Origin: an uncultured Candidatus Rokubacteria bacterium
Lineage (GTDB): Bacteria > Methylomirabilota > Methylomirabilia > Rokubacteriales > DASRDR01
Length of the DNA: 64,000 nt
Direction: 5' to 3'
Assembly (NCBI GenBank): GCA_963805625.1
Contig: CAWDVE010000012.1
Location: forward strand, 32,001-96,000
Shown here: positions 29,105 to 39,537 of the stretch, in pieces
How positions within the stretch are numbered: position 1 is the stretch's first letter
Layout of the letters: each line of letters opens with the position of its first letter
Notes under the pieces: model-generated
The model's input: the letters and a program-made list of their open reading frames with translations, nothing else
What the model was told of the DNA's origin: nothing
The model's database searches: none
Made by a program: the position numbers and the translations under genes

Positions 29105-30310
29105 GTGGACGGCTCGGCGCCGGCGGCGCGGATTGCGAGGCCGGGGGGGAGCCGGACCCTTCTGCGCTGGGCGATCACGGGGTTGGTGGTCGCCTTCGCC
29201 GGCGGGACCATCCTCCTCCTGGCGCGCGACGGGGTCCGGCTCGGCGCTGATTCCCCCCGCTACGTGGATGGGGCCGAGCACCTGCTGGCCGGGCACTGGC
29301 CGGAAGGGCTTCGGTGGGCCTACGTGGGCTACATCACCGTGGTCGCCGTCGTCCGGAGCCTCGGCGGAGACCTGCCGGCCGTCGTCGGGCTTCACATCGG
29401 TGTGGCCGCGATCGCGGGGCTCGGGCTCTGGTCCCTCGGCGTGACCCTGGGAGGCCCGCTCGGCGGGCTCGTCGCCGCCGCGTTCCTGCTCGGCAATCCC
29501 GATGTCCTCCGATGGCATGCGTACATTCTCACCGACTCGCTGTACACGTCGGCCGTGGTGATCGGAGCCTGGGTGACCTGGCGCGCCGCCGAGCGGGGCG
29601 GCCTCTGGTACGGGGCCGCCCTCCTCGTGCTGGTCCCCGCCGGGCTCTTGCGCCCGACGGGCGTGCTGCTCCTGCCCGTGGCCGGCGCCTTCTGGGCGGT
29701 CCGGGGCGCGGCCGCCCGCGACTGGCGGCGCGTCACGCTCGGGCTGGCGACCGCGGCGGCCGCCGTGACGCTGACGCTGGGGGTCGCGCCGTTTCGCGCT
29801 CCCGCGGGGCGCATTCCTGGCCGATTGCTCGAGAGTGGGAAGGTGCTCTACGGGAATCCAGCGTTCCAAGTCGAGATGCCGGCGCGCTCCGCGCCAGACG
29901 GCGAGGGGTGGTCTGGCGCCATCCGGTACGTCGCCCGGCACCCGGGCCCGTCGGCGACGGTGATCCTCCGGCGGGTGGTGATGGAGCTCGCCCATGTTCG
30001 TCCCTACTACAGCTGGCGTCATAACCTCGTGATCGTGGCCACACTCCTCCCGCTCTACGCGCTGGCCGCCGCCGGGATCGCCGCGACCTGGCGCCACCCG
30101 CTGACCCACCTCCTCCTCGCGCTGATCGGCGCGCACCTCTTGCTCGTGGGCGCCACGCTCGCGGACTACGACGGCCGCTTCCTCCTGCACTTCCTTGGAC
30201 CGATTGCGACCCTCGCGGGGGCGGGACTCGCGGCCCTCACCCGCCGCCGTGCGCCGACGGGCGGAGCCGCGGCCCCGTACAACGCAAGTGCCGTGACGAT
30301 GGATCGGTGA
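29105..30310 (+). CDS. GT-C-like membrane protein (GT39/ArnT-like)
   Basis: DSPRY, ILTDSLY and LLRPTG motifs, multi-pass. Start approximate. Confidence 0.6.
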   Translation: MDGSAPAARIARPGGSRTLLRWAITGLVVAFAGGTILLLARDGVRLGADSPRYVDGAEHLLAGHWPEGLRWAYVGYITVVAVVRSLGGDLPAVVGLHIGVAAIAGLGLWSLGVTLGGPLGGLVAAAFLLGNPDVLRWHAYILTDSLYTSAVVIGAWVTWRAAERGGLWYGAALLVLVPAGLLRPTGVLLLPVAGAFWAVRGAAARDWRRVTLGLATAAAAVTLTLGVAPFRAPAGRIPGRLLESGKVLYGNPAFQVEMPARSAPDGEGWSGAIRYVARHPGPSATVILRRVVMELAHVRPYYSWRHNLVIVATLLPLYALAAAGIAATWRHPLTHLLLALIGAHLLLVGATLADYDGRFLLHFLGPIATLAGAGLAALTRRRAPTGGAAAPYNASAVTMDR

Positions 30311-31731
30311 GCGCGCCCTACGACGACGTCCTCGTGACGGGGCGGGCCCTCCGGCGGCCCGCCGCGGTCCTCTGGGTCGCCGTCTTCCTGTATGCGGCGC
30401 TGGCCGCCATCCTCGTCCAGACCGTCGTCCTGCCGTACTGGGCACCCCGGTGGCACGCCGGACACGGGCTCCTGGCGGGCCTCGATGCAGTTTCCTTCCA
30501 CGAGGTCGCGGTGCGGCAGGCCGAGGCCATCCGTCGAGATGGCTGGTTGACCTGGACCCTCCGGCCCGAGGGCCACCTCGCGGCCGGCGTCCTGAGCCCG
30601 CTCTACGCGCTGACGGTGCCCGAGCCCTGGGTGCTCATCCCGGTCAACGCGGCGCTCCACGCGACGGCGGCGGTCGTGCTCTTCCGCATCCTGGAGATGC
30701 TCGCGCCGGTGCGGGTCGCGCTCCTGGGGGTCCTCCCGCTCGTCCTCTTCCCGTCGTCGCTCACTTGGTACGCGCAGATCCACAAGGACGGCTTCGCGGT
30801 GCTGGGCGCCCTGCTCGCGGCCCTGGGGTGGGCGAGAGTTGCCCGGGCCGCTCGCGACCCGGCGGCCAGCCTCGGCCGCGGGCTGCTGCCCATCGTGGTC
30901 GGCGCGGGCGCAGTGTGGCTAGCGCGCCCGTATCTCGTCGACGTGCTGTTCGGTCTCGGCATCGGCCTGGCCGCGCTCGTCACAGGCATGGTCCTGGTCG
31001 GTGCCGCCAGAGGGCGCCGGGCCGCGGGGACAGCCGGCCGAGCCGTCATCCGGACCTGGGCGGCGGCGCTGGTGACCTGGTCGCTCGTCGCGCTGCCGGG
31101 AGGGCACAGCTACATCGACGCGCCCCAGATGGAAGGCGGCGCCAACACACCGACACCGCCGGCCGGCGAGGCGCCGTCGGGGGGCTGGACGCGAAGCCGC
31201 TGGTTGCCGCCGGTCGTCGACCGCGGGCTCGAGAGCCTCGTGCAGGCGCGTTCCGGGTTCGCGCGCGCTCAGGCGGGCTCGCTCGTGGATGCCGACGTCA
31301 AGCTCACGAGCGCTGCTGAGGTGACAGCCTACCTGCCCCGGGCGCTGCAGGTGGCCCTCTTCGCGCCGTTCCCGTCCCAGTGGGCGGGCGGGGTCACTCC
31401 CGGGGCCTCGGTCATGCGCCGCGTGGCCGGCGCCGAGGTGCTCCTGCTCTATCTGGCGGTGGCGATCCTTCCCTGGGGGCTCTGGCGCTGGCGGGACCGC
31501 CCGGAACTGCACGTGCTCGTAGTCTACTGTCTCGGCATGATGCTCGTCTACGCCCTCGCCGTCCCGAACGTCGGGGCGCTGTACCGGTTCCGCTACCCGT
31601 TCGAGACTCTACTCATCGGCCTGGCCGTGGCGCTCGCCCTCGTCCGCTCCGCCCCGCGCGGCTCGCCCCCGACGCGCGAGGCGACGGGGACGCGACGCGG
31701 GGCCGGGCCCGGCCGGCCGGGGGCCCCCTGA
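30307..31731 (+). CDS. Wzy-like polysaccharide polymerase/membrane protein
   Basis: Multi-pass protein with D..FH, QIHKD, LFAPFP.QW and C-terminal NVGALYRFRYP motifs, located in the wzx operon. Confidence 0.55.
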   Translation: MSAPYDDVLVTGRALRRPAAVLWVAVFLYAALAAILVQTVVLPYWAPRWHAGHGLLAGLDAVSFHEVAVRQAEAIRRDGWLTWTLRPEGHLAAGVLSPLYALTVPEPWVLIPVNAALHATAAVVLFRILEMLAPVRVALLGVLPLVLFPSSLTWYAQIHKDGFAVLGALLAALGWARVARAARDPAASLGRGLLPIVVGAGAVWLARPYLVDVLFGLGIGLAALVTGMVLVGAARGRRAAGTAGRAVIRTWAAALVTWSLVALPGGHSYIDAPQMEGGANTPTPPAGEAPSGGWTRSRWLPPVVDRGLESLVQARSGFARAQAGSLVDADVKLTSAAEVTAYLPRALQVALFAPFPSQWAGGVTPGASVMRRVAGAEVLLLYLAVAILPWGLWRWRDRPELHVLVVYCLGMMLVYALAVPNVGALYRFRYPFETLLIGLAVALALVRSAPRGSPPTREATGTRRGAGPGRPGAP

Positions 31732-31763
31732 GGCCGGCGGGCGCCGTGCGAGAGGCCGGCGGC

Positions 31764-32960
31764 GTGGTGGCCCGCGAGCGCGTGGAGCGGATACGCGTCC
31801 TGCGTGTCATTGCACGCCTCAACGTGGGAGGGCCCGCGCTCCACACAACGCTGCTCACCGAGCGGCTCGATCCTCGTCGCTACGACGCGCGCCTCGTCAC
31901 GGGGACGGAGGAGCCGGGCGAGGGGAACTATCTCGCGCTCCACGGCAAGGCCCCGGAGCGCGTCATCGTCCTCCCCACGCTCGGGCGAGAAGTGCGCGGC
32001 GTGGCCGATGGCCTCACCCTCGCCGCGCTCGTCCGCCTCATGCGACGCGTGCGCCCGCACGTGGTCCACACGCACACCGCCAAGGCCGGGACGCTGGGCC
32101 GCCTGGCGGCCCGCCTCGCGTGCGTCCCCGTCGTCGTGCACACCTATCACGGGCACGTCTTCCACGGATACTTCTCCCCGGCCCGGGCGCGGATCTTCCT
32201 CGGAGTGGAGCGGATGCTGGCCAGGTGGACCGACTGCCTGCTCGCGGTCAGCGAGACGGTGCGCCGGGAGCTCCTGGCCCTCGGCGTAGGCTCGCCGGCC
32301 CGGTTCCGCGTGGTGCCGCTCGGCCTCGACCTCGATCGCTACCGGGGGGCGGACGCCGCGCGGGGGAGCCTGCGGGGCGAGCTCGGCCTGCCGCCCGAGG
32401 CCCCGGTGGTGACGATCGTCGCCCGGCTGGTCCCCATTAAGGCGCACGAGGTGTTCCTGGAGGCCGCGCGGCGGGTCCACCAGGCGCTGCCCGCGAGCCG
32501 GTTCCTGATCGTCGGGGACGGGGAGCGGCGCGCGGCGCTCGAGGCGCTCGCGGCCGACCTCGGGCTCGGCACGAGCGTCCGCTTCCTGGGCTGGCGCCGG
32601 GACCTCGAGCGCGTCTACGCGGACGCCACGGTGGTCGCGTTGACCTCGCGCAACGAGGGCTCTCCCGTCTCGCTCATCGAAGCGATGGCGGCGGGGCGCC
32701 CGATCGTGGCCGCCCGTGTCGGCGGAGTGCCCGACCTCGTCGAGGACGGCGTGACCGGGTGCCTCGTGCCGCCTGACGACCCCGGCGCGCTGGCGGCGGC
32801 ATTGGTCACCCTGCTGCAGAACCCCGAGCGCCGCCGGACGCTCGGCCTGGCCGCGCGCGAGCGCGTGGTCCCAGCCTTCGCCGCGGAGCGGCTGGTCGCC
32901 GACGTGGACGCACTCTACGCCGAGCTCCTGGGCGCCAAGGGCGTCACGGTGCCGTCGTGA
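31764..32960 (+). CDS. Glycosyltransferase family 4
   Basis: IARLNVGGPA, HTHTAKAG, ARLVPIK and NEGSPVSLIEAMAAG motifs. Confidence 0.92.
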   Translation: MVARERVERIRVLRVIARLNVGGPALHTTLLTERLDPRRYDARLVTGTEEPGEGNYLALHGKAPERVIVLPTLGREVRGVADGLTLAALVRLMRRVRPHVVHTHTAKAGTLGRLAARLACVPVVVHTYHGHVFHGYFSPARARIFLGVERMLARWTDCLLAVSETVRRELLALGVGSPARFRVVPLGLDLDRYRGADAARGSLRGELGLPPEAPVVTIVARLVPIKAHEVFLEAARRVHQALPASRFLIVGDGERRAALEALAADLGLGTSVRFLGWRRDLERVYADATVVALTSRNEGSPVSLIEAMAAGRPIVAARVGGVPDLVEDGVTGCLVPPDDPGALAAALVTLLQNPERRRTLGLAARERVVPAFAAERLVADVDALYAELLGAKGVTVPS

Positions 32961-33400
32961 GCGGGCTGGGGCGTTCCTGGTTCCTGGCATCGTTTCGACG
33001 CCACCCTCGTCTGCGAGCGCGGCGCGACGCGGGCCGGGCTCCTGAAGCACCCGCGCGAGGATCGCTGGCACCGGCGCCTCGAGCCGACCCCAGGCGGCGT
33101 CGCCATGATGGCGACGATCCGGCGCTCGCCTCGCCGGGCGCGCCCCGGATCGATTCCTGCCCCTGATCCTGGCCGCGCTCGCGATGGGTCTCGTAGGCCC
33201 AGTCGACGACCCGCGCCCCGTGCGTGGGGATCACCAACGCCTTCTACTGGACAAGATGGATGGGCTTCCCGCCGGCACAGCCGCGATCACCGGTCGCCGT
33301 CCTCTACGTCTTCCGCTGCGCGCCGGACCGCGAGGGCTGGTCGGCTCACCGGGCACCGGATCTGTTGAGGTCGTCGCGCTGCTGACGGTGGCCGCCGGGG
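32957..33400 (+). pseudogene. Decayed MraY/WecA-like polyprenyl-phosphate sugar-1-phosphate transferase
   Basis: Fragments in shifting frames: GLLKHPREDRWHRR, MGLVGPVDD and ITNAF//LLDKMDGLPAG (MraY-type NAxNxxDxxDG motif). Much shorter than an intact gene and GTGA-coupled to the GT4. Confidence 0.65.
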
Positions 33401-33531
33401 CCTTCGGGACGGTGGCCTTCGTCCGGAAACTCGAAGGCGACGCCCAGGCTCCGACATCGGCGGGCGGGGCCGGCACCGGCGGATCGCGAGCCCGGATCTC
33501 CACGCGGTCGCAAGCTTCACCCCGGGTGCTA

Positions 33532-34804
33532 AGTACACCGAATCATGAATTCGTTCCGGGTTTTAGCCGGTAGCCGCCAGCCTCCGCTGACGGCGGACTT
33601 TCGCCAGCAGCTTCTGGGCCGTGTAGGTCCACTGGATCGGCTGAGCTCGGCGGTTGCGCTCGGCGAAGAAGGCCCGAATGCGCTGACGCACGTGAGTGGT
33701 GCTGTCAAAGTCGTTCGGCGTGAGCGCTTTCCGTTGCAGCTCGCTGAACACGATCTCGATCTGGTCGAGCCAGGACGCGTGGACGGGCAACCAGTGGAGG
33801 TGGACGGGGAAGGGCAGGTCGAGCGTCGTGATCCAGGTCGGCAGGCGCTTCGGGGCATGGGTGGAGCCGTTGTCCAGGATCAGGTGGAGGCTGCGGATCC
33901 TCCGACACCAGACGCTCCCGAAGAGCATCCGCAGGAAGCTCTGGAACTCGACGAAGCGCTTGCGCTCAAAGCAGCGGGCCAGGGTTTCGCCGGTGTGCAC
34001 CAGCAGGCCGCCAAACAACTGCACCGCGCCCTGGCGCTGGTAGCGATCCGGCAGGTACATCGGGCGACCGGGGCGTGCCGGGGTCGTGCGCCCACAGGCC
34101 CGTCGGGCCTGGATCGACGTCTTTTCATCCGCGCAGACGATGAGGTGCCCCGTCCGGGCGAGCGCCTGGGCCCGCTCGTAGAGGGTCAGAATCGGGATGG
34201 CCCGTTCGAGGAAGTGCGGATCGGTGGGGCGTTGCCAGCTGTGGTATTGCCACGGCTTGATGCGCTCGGCCTGGAGCCAGCGCTGGATGGTAACGCCTGA
34301 GATGCGCCGGACAATGCCGCGCTGGACGACCGTGCGGGCGAGTTCGGTAGCCGACCAGCGGGAGAGTGGCTTACCGGAATCCCGCGGCAGCGTGCAGGCC
34401 AACGCGGTGACCTGCGCTCGAACCGCTGAGGGGGAAAAAGCGTGGTCCCCCGGGCCGGGGCGCGTCCTGCAGGGCCGGCCCCGCCCGGCTGCGCCCTCGC
34501 CACTTGCGCACCGTCCGATCCGTGCACCCCACGGCTCGGGCAATGGCCGCGTTGCTCCAGTCCGGGTGCTCATAGGCCAGGAGCAGAATCTTCGCCCGCA
34601 CCACTGCCGCATAGGGAGCGGTGCGCCGACGGGTGAGGCGTTGGAGTTCCCGGTACTCCGGCGCCGTCAGAGCCACCTTGTGTCGCGGCTTCGGTCCACG
34701 GCGCGCCACGATGCGCCGTCCCCCCGCACCCATCGAACACACGATAGCGCGCGGGCATCCGGAACCCCAAGGAAACCCGGAACGAATTCATGATTCGGTG
34801 TACT
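33532..34804. mobile_element. IS630-family insertion sequence with 32-bp perfect terminal inverted repeats
   Basis: agtacaccgaatcatgaattcgttccgggttt (33532-33563) and its reverse complement (34773-34804). TA, within CTAAG, lies at both junctions. Confidence 0.92.
33563..34709 (-). CDS. IS630 transposase split into HTH ORF and DDE ORF joined by a +1 frameshift at T5C5
   Basis: ORF1 has RAKILLL...IARAVG..TVRKWR...DAPRPG. ORF2 has ADEKTSIQA, LILDN and SWLDQIE. The overlap contains TTTTTCCCCC (34430-34439, minus strand). Confidence 0.88.
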
Positions 34805-35029
34805 AAGATCGCCGCATGACGCGCGCCCAGATGGCGATCCTGCAGACCGCGCTGGCGGCGACCCGTCGGCGGTCGCCCACCTCCGGCTGGCGCACGACCC
34901 CGGGCTCCGCGCCGCCGAGCCGCGCGAGATCGCGCCGCCCGGCGATGGCGTGAGCAACGTGGGCTTCCGCCGTCGGACGTCGCGACGGCGGGTCATCTGG
35001 GAAGATCGGCACAGCCCCAAGGGCCCGCC

Positions 35030-37480
35030 GTGCCCGCCCGCGCGCCTCCGGCTCCCCTCCCCGCTGGTCGCGTGGGCACCCTTCGCCGGAAACGTCCACC
35101 ACGACTGGCTCCGCTCCCCGACGGTCGGCCGGGCCCGCGTCCGAGGCTTCACGCGAACCGGGTGGGGCCGGCGCTTCGCCCGATCCTGACTCGCGACGCC
35201 GGGTCACCGCCTACCTCCGCCCCGCCTCCGACCCCTGGTGGCTCGGACCGCGAGGTCGCCGCCCCGGTTCTCGGTCTCCCGCGCCGTCGGCGCGGAGGGG
35301 CGCGGGCCGAGGCGACGGCGCTCCTCGCCCTCTACGGGTTGCTCCTCGTCGTCCCGTCGGCCAACTACCACCTCTTCGACGGCCTGCCTGCGAGCCGCGT
35401 GCCCGAATTCCTCGGGCTCGCCCTGCTCATCCCTTTGGTCGTCAGCCGGGCCCTCCGCCGCCTGTACGGCCGGCTCGTCGGCGGGTGGCCGGTGACGCGA
35501 CGTGCCCTCTTGGCGCTCGGCGCGGTCGCCCTCGCGGCGAAGGTCGTCCTGCTCGCCTCGGGGACTCATGCGGGCTTCCTGGCTTGCTACCGTTCGCCCA
35601 TCGCCGCGCCGCCCGCCGGACCCTGCGAGAAGTCATACGAGAACCCGTTCTCCCGCTTCGGCGTCACGCGGATCGACCGGCGTCTCGACTTCATCCCGGC
35701 CAACTGGGACCTGTCCTTCATCAACTCGCTGCGGTTCAACATCTATCACTGGGTCGCGGGCAACGTCGTCCGGGATCGTCTCCCCCTGGCCGCGACCTGG
35801 ACCGGGACGGTCGCGCGCTCGCGCGCCTGGACGGCCGAGGTACGCTACGTCGGCGCCGCCACCGTCCAGGTCGACTCGATGGAGCCGACGAGGCTCCGCC
35901 CCCGCTACGACACGCTGGCCGTCGCCCACGTGCCCATCCCCGCCGGCCGCCATCGCCTCGTCGTCACCTACGAGTTCGACGACGGCTCCCGAGTCGGCGA
36001 CGGGCACACGCGGGGCCCCTACGCCACCATTCGGCTGGCCCGGCTGAGCGAAGCGCCGGGCCCGGCGATGCCGGTGAGGCCGGTGCGACCGCCGCGGGCG
36101 TGGCGGTGGACCGGCGCGGCGGTCGACGCGGTCGTCGTCCTCCTCGCGGCGACGGTGGCCGGGGCGTGCGCCGTCGCTATGGCCCGCGAGGCGTGGATCC
36201 CGGCCGTCGTCGCGGTCGCGGCGGCCGGCAGCCACCTCTGGGACGGACGGCTGCCCGTCGTTCCGTCGCACTCGTGGTTCTTCCTCCTGCTCGCGCTCCT
36301 TTTCGCGCATCTCGCCCTGGGCGTCCGCCCGCAGCGGCTGCTGGGCGCCTACCTCGGCATCCTTGCGGCAGCCTTCTTCCTGGCGTGGCGGCGACTCGGC
36401 CGGTTGAACGTCGTCCAGTACCGGGCGGCCGGCGATGACTGGCTGACGTACGAGTCCTTCGCGCGGTCCATCCTCGAGACCTGGTCGCTCCGGGGCGCCG
36501 AGGACGTCTTCTACTACCAGCCACTCTTCCGCTACGTCCGCTTCGCCGAGCATTTCGTGCTGGGGGACGGCGATCCGTTCCTCCTGACGTGGGCGGTCGT
36601 GACGCTCACGTGGAGCCTATTCTGGCTCGGCGCGGTCGCGATCGGGCGGCGGCGCGCGTCGTTCCGGACCATCGTCCTCACCTTCGCCGGTCTGCTGCTG
36701 GTGCTGCTGGCGACCTCCCCGACGGTCCTCGACCTGGTGCACGCGGGAGTCTCCGAGTATCCAACCTGGATCGCGCTGCCCTTCTTACTGCCGATGCTCT
36801 TCGTGTCGTCCTCGACGAGGGCCTGGCTGCTGGGGGCGACCCTGCTGGGCCTCTCGCTCCTGACGAGAACGAACCAACTGCCGGCCGTCCTGGCGACGCT
36901 CGGGCTTTTCCTGTGGCGGGGCTGGCGGATCCGACCCCGCGCGGCCATCGCGGCCGGGCTCATGTTCGGCGCTGTCGCGCTGCTTCCCACGCTTCACAAC
37001 TACTACTACGGCGGTCGCCTGGTGCCGCTGACGACCAGCGCCGGGATCCCGGCGAATCTCGTGCTCCCGCCCGTGCGGTTGCTCGACGTCGCCCGCGACG
37101 CGGAGGTGCGGACGCGGCTCCGGACGCAGGTCGAGCGGATGCTGTACGTCGGTGGGTCCGACCGCGTCTTCGGGATGGCGGTCCGCGGGCTGCAGGTGCT
37201 GTGGGTGGTCACGGTCGGGGCGTGGGCGGTGACTGGCCGTGCGAGCTTGCCCCTCGCGCTACTGGTGGGCCTCCCCGTCTGCTACCTCGTTCCCCACGTC
37301 TTCTACCAAGCGACGCACGGCTATCCGCGGCACTTCCTCATTGGCTACCTCGCCATGGGGGCGGTCGTCCTCCTGGCCGAAGCGGGCTCGCGAGGCATTG
37401 CCCGGTCCGCGGCTCCGGCGATCGAATCGACGCCGCGAGAAGCGCCCATCATCCGGACGAGTCGGGGACCAATGGGCTGA
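35030..37480 (+). CDS. Large multi-pass membrane protein (GT-C-like) with PA14-like extracellular domain
   Basis: RIDRRLDF...ATWTG...G-x-H-x-L-x-V-x-Y beta domain, followed by GDDWLTYE, FYYQPLFRY and many TM segments. Start uncertain. Confidence 0.5.
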   Translation: MPARAPPAPLPAGRVGTLRRKRPPRLAPLPDGRPGPRPRLHANRVGPALRPILTRDAGSPPTSAPPPTPGGSDREVAAPVLGLPRRRRGGARAEATALLALYGLLLVVPSANYHLFDGLPASRVPEFLGLALLIPLVVSRALRRLYGRLVGGWPVTRRALLALGAVALAAKVVLLASGTHAGFLACYRSPIAAPPAGPCEKSYENPFSRFGVTRIDRRLDFIPANWDLSFINSLRFNIYHWVAGNVVRDRLPLAATWTGTVARSRAWTAEVRYVGAATVQVDSMEPTRLRPRYDTLAVAHVPIPAGRHRLVVTYEFDDGSRVGDGHTRGPYATIRLARLSEAPGPAMPVRPVRPPRAWRWTGAAVDAVVVLLAATVAGACAVAMAREAWIPAVVAVAAAGSHLWDGRLPVVPSHSWFFLLLALLFAHLALGVRPQRLLGAYLGILAAAFFLAWRRLGRLNVVQYRAAGDDWLTYESFARSILETWSLRGAEDVFYYQPLFRYVRFAEHFVLGDGDPFLLTWAVVTLTWSLFWLGAVAIGRRRASFRTIVLTFAGLLLVLLATSPTVLDLVHAGVSEYPTWIALPFLLPMLFVSSSTRAWLLGATLLGLSLLTRTNQLPAVLATLGLFLWRGWRIRPRAAIAAGLMFGAVALLPTLHNYYYGGRLVPLTTSAGIPANLVLPPVRLLDVARDAEVRTRLRTQVERMLYVGGSDRVFGMAVRGLQVLWVVTVGAWAVTGRASLPLALLVGLPVCYLVPHVFYQATHGYPRHFLIGYLAMGAVVLLAEAGSRGIARSAAPAIESTPREAPIIRTSRGPMG

Positions 37481-39302
37481 CCAGTCGTGCGAAGTAGGCG
37501 CTTTTCTCGACGACGTCCGCGTAGGACCCCGCCGCGGTGACCATGCCGTCTTCGAGGACGATGATCTGATCGCAACCGGCGATGGCGGAGGCCCGGTGCG
37601 TCACGGCGACGACGGTCCGCGGCTGATCGCGTCGGAGGGCCGCCCTGATCACCGTGGCCTCCCCATACGGATCCAGGGCGGAGGTCGCCTCGTCCAGGAC
37701 GAGGAGGCTGGGGTCGGAGTAGAGCGCCCGCGCCACGGCCAACCGCTGCCGCTGGCCGCCGCTCAGCGCCGACCCTCGCTCACCGAGCTGCGTGTGGAGC
37801 CCGCGCGGGAGCTGTTGGACCAGCTCCCAGAGCCCGACCTCCTCGAGCACGTGCTCGACACGGTCCTCGTCGATCGCGTCGGCGAAGAGCACGACGTTCC
37901 GGAGGATCGAGTCGTTGAAGATGTAGGGCTCCTGGGACACGACCCCGACGCCAGCCTGCCAGCCAGGTTCGAGTCCGCCCAGCGGCCGGCCGTCCAGTAG
38001 CACCTCGCCCGAAGTCGGCTCGAGCAATCCGACCAGGAGATCGACGAACGTGCTCTTCCCGGCACCGCTCGGCCCGACGATCCCCACGAAGCTGCCGGCC
38101 TCGATTCGGACCGTCACGTCACGCAGGGCCGGACGCTTCGACTCCTCGTACCAGGACGACACGCGCCAGAACTCGATGGCGACGTTCAGCACGGGAGGCC
38201 TCTTCGCCGGGCCGGTGCCGCCAGTGTATCGAGGACCGGCGGCGCCTCGAACGGGGACGTCCTGCAGCACCTGGTCGACGAACGGGAGACCGGCGCGAAC
38301 ATTCGCGAGATTGGTCGCGCTCCGGCCCGCCAGGGGCAACAGCCGGACGAGCGCGTACGCGAAGAGTCCGAGCATCGTCAGGACACGAGGCGTGTCGTAT
38401 TCCAGGCCGATCGTGAAGATGATGAGACTCGCGACTAGTATCATCGTGACACCCTCGATCACGATGCGCGGCAGGTCGACGAGGATCGCCCGATAACGGT
38501 TGGCGGCGGCCACCTTGGCGCGCTCCTCCCGGTGGCTGGACACCACGGGCGCCTCATGGTGGCGGAGGGTGATCTCGCGGCGTCCCTGCAGGACCTGATC
38601 CACGAACAGGTTCGCCGAGCGATCGTGCCGCTCGATGAGCGCGGTCGCTTCGTGGAGACGCGGGTTGACCGCCCTGACCAGCACGACGATCACGCCGGCC
38701 ACGAACGCCGCGGCGGCCAGCGTCCCCCACGGCGAGGCCACCACCATGACCGAGAGGATCGATGCGATGACGGCCGCGTCCGTAAGGAACTGGACGCCGG
38801 GCCGGAACACCTGCCACGCGACGAGCGTGGCGAGCTGCGAGACCCGCCGCTGGAGGTCCGCGACGCGGCGCTGCCTGAACCTGGCATACGGCATGCTCAC
38901 GTAGGCCCAGAGGAGGGCTTCGCCGATGACGATACCGGTCTCGACCGTCGCCGAGGAGGCGGCCGCCGTCAGCGCGAGAGTCAGGGCGGCCCGGAGCAGG
39001 AAGACGGCGACGACCACGGCCGTCACCAGAGCGGCCGTCGACGCCCCCACGAGGAGGAGCGGCGCTTCCGTCGCCCACGGCAGCAACGCCCGGGAGCCGG
39101 ACCCGGCCGACTGCGTCGCCAGCCGGATCACGTTGAGGAAGAGCGCGGTCGTGGCCAGCTCCGCCAGGGAGCAGAGACCGGTGAGGACCATCAGAAGAAC
39201 CCATCGGCGACGGACACGGCGGGGCAGCAGCCTGTAGATGGCCCGCGCCCGCGCCCACACCGACGCGGACGTGACCGGATCGCCCGCGTCCACCCGTGGC
39301 AT
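37449..39302 (-). CDS. ABC exporter, fused permease and ATPase
   Basis: GPSGAGKST, LSGGQRQRLAVARALY, LDEATSALD and VTHR motifs, with an N-terminal TM domain and no C39 peptidase domain. Start is at 39302 or 39452. Confidence 0.9.
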   Translation of the reverse strand: MPRVDAGDPVTSASVWARARAIYRLLPRRVRRRWVLLMVLTGLCSLAELATTALFLNVIRLATQSAGSGSRALLPWATEAPLLLVGASTAALVTAVVVAVFLLRAALTLALTAAASSATVETGIVIGEALLWAYVSMPYARFRQRRVADLQRRVSQLATLVAWQVFRPGVQFLTDAAVIASILSVMVVASPWGTLAAAAFVAGVIVVLVRAVNPRLHEATALIERHDRSANLFVDQVLQGRREITLRHHEAPVVSSHREERAKVAAANRYRAILVDLPRIVIEGVTMILVASLIIFTIGLEYDTPRVLTMLGLFAYALVRLLPLAGRSATNLANVRAGLPFVDQVLQDVPVRGAAGPRYTGGTGPAKRPPVLNVAIEFWRVSSWYEESKRPALRDVTVRIEAGSFVGIVGPSGAGKSTFVDLLVGLLEPTSGEVLLDGRPLGGLEPGWQAGVGVVSQEPYIFNDSILRNVVLFADAIDEDRVEHVLEEVGLWELVQQLPRGLHTQLGERGSALSGGQRQRLAVARALYSDPSLLVLDEATSALDPYGEATVIRAALRRDQPRTVVAVTHRASAIAGCDQIIVLEDGMVTAAGSYADVVEKSAYFARLVSPLVPDSSG

Positions 39303-39537
39303 CACGATCGGCGGCGCGACGCTCGACCGCTCAGGGAGCGCGCCGGGACACGACCCCACGAATGGCTCGTCGTGGGCGGCCCCATACTTTCGGTGCCCGC
39401 CGTCGGACCTCGGCCTCGAGGCCGCCCGGACATCGATGGCGGCCCGATCCACGATCCACGCCGGCGCCCAGGAGCGCCGATGGGCCCGCTTTGGGCGTGG
39501 GCATCACCGGGTCGATGGCCTCGGCACGGCGGCGGGT

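Noticed and set aside
33563-34709. IS630 transposase as a frameshifted pseudogene
   Set aside because: The frameshift falls on a T5C5 motif in the +1 direction matching known programmed slippage, and the IRs are perfect.
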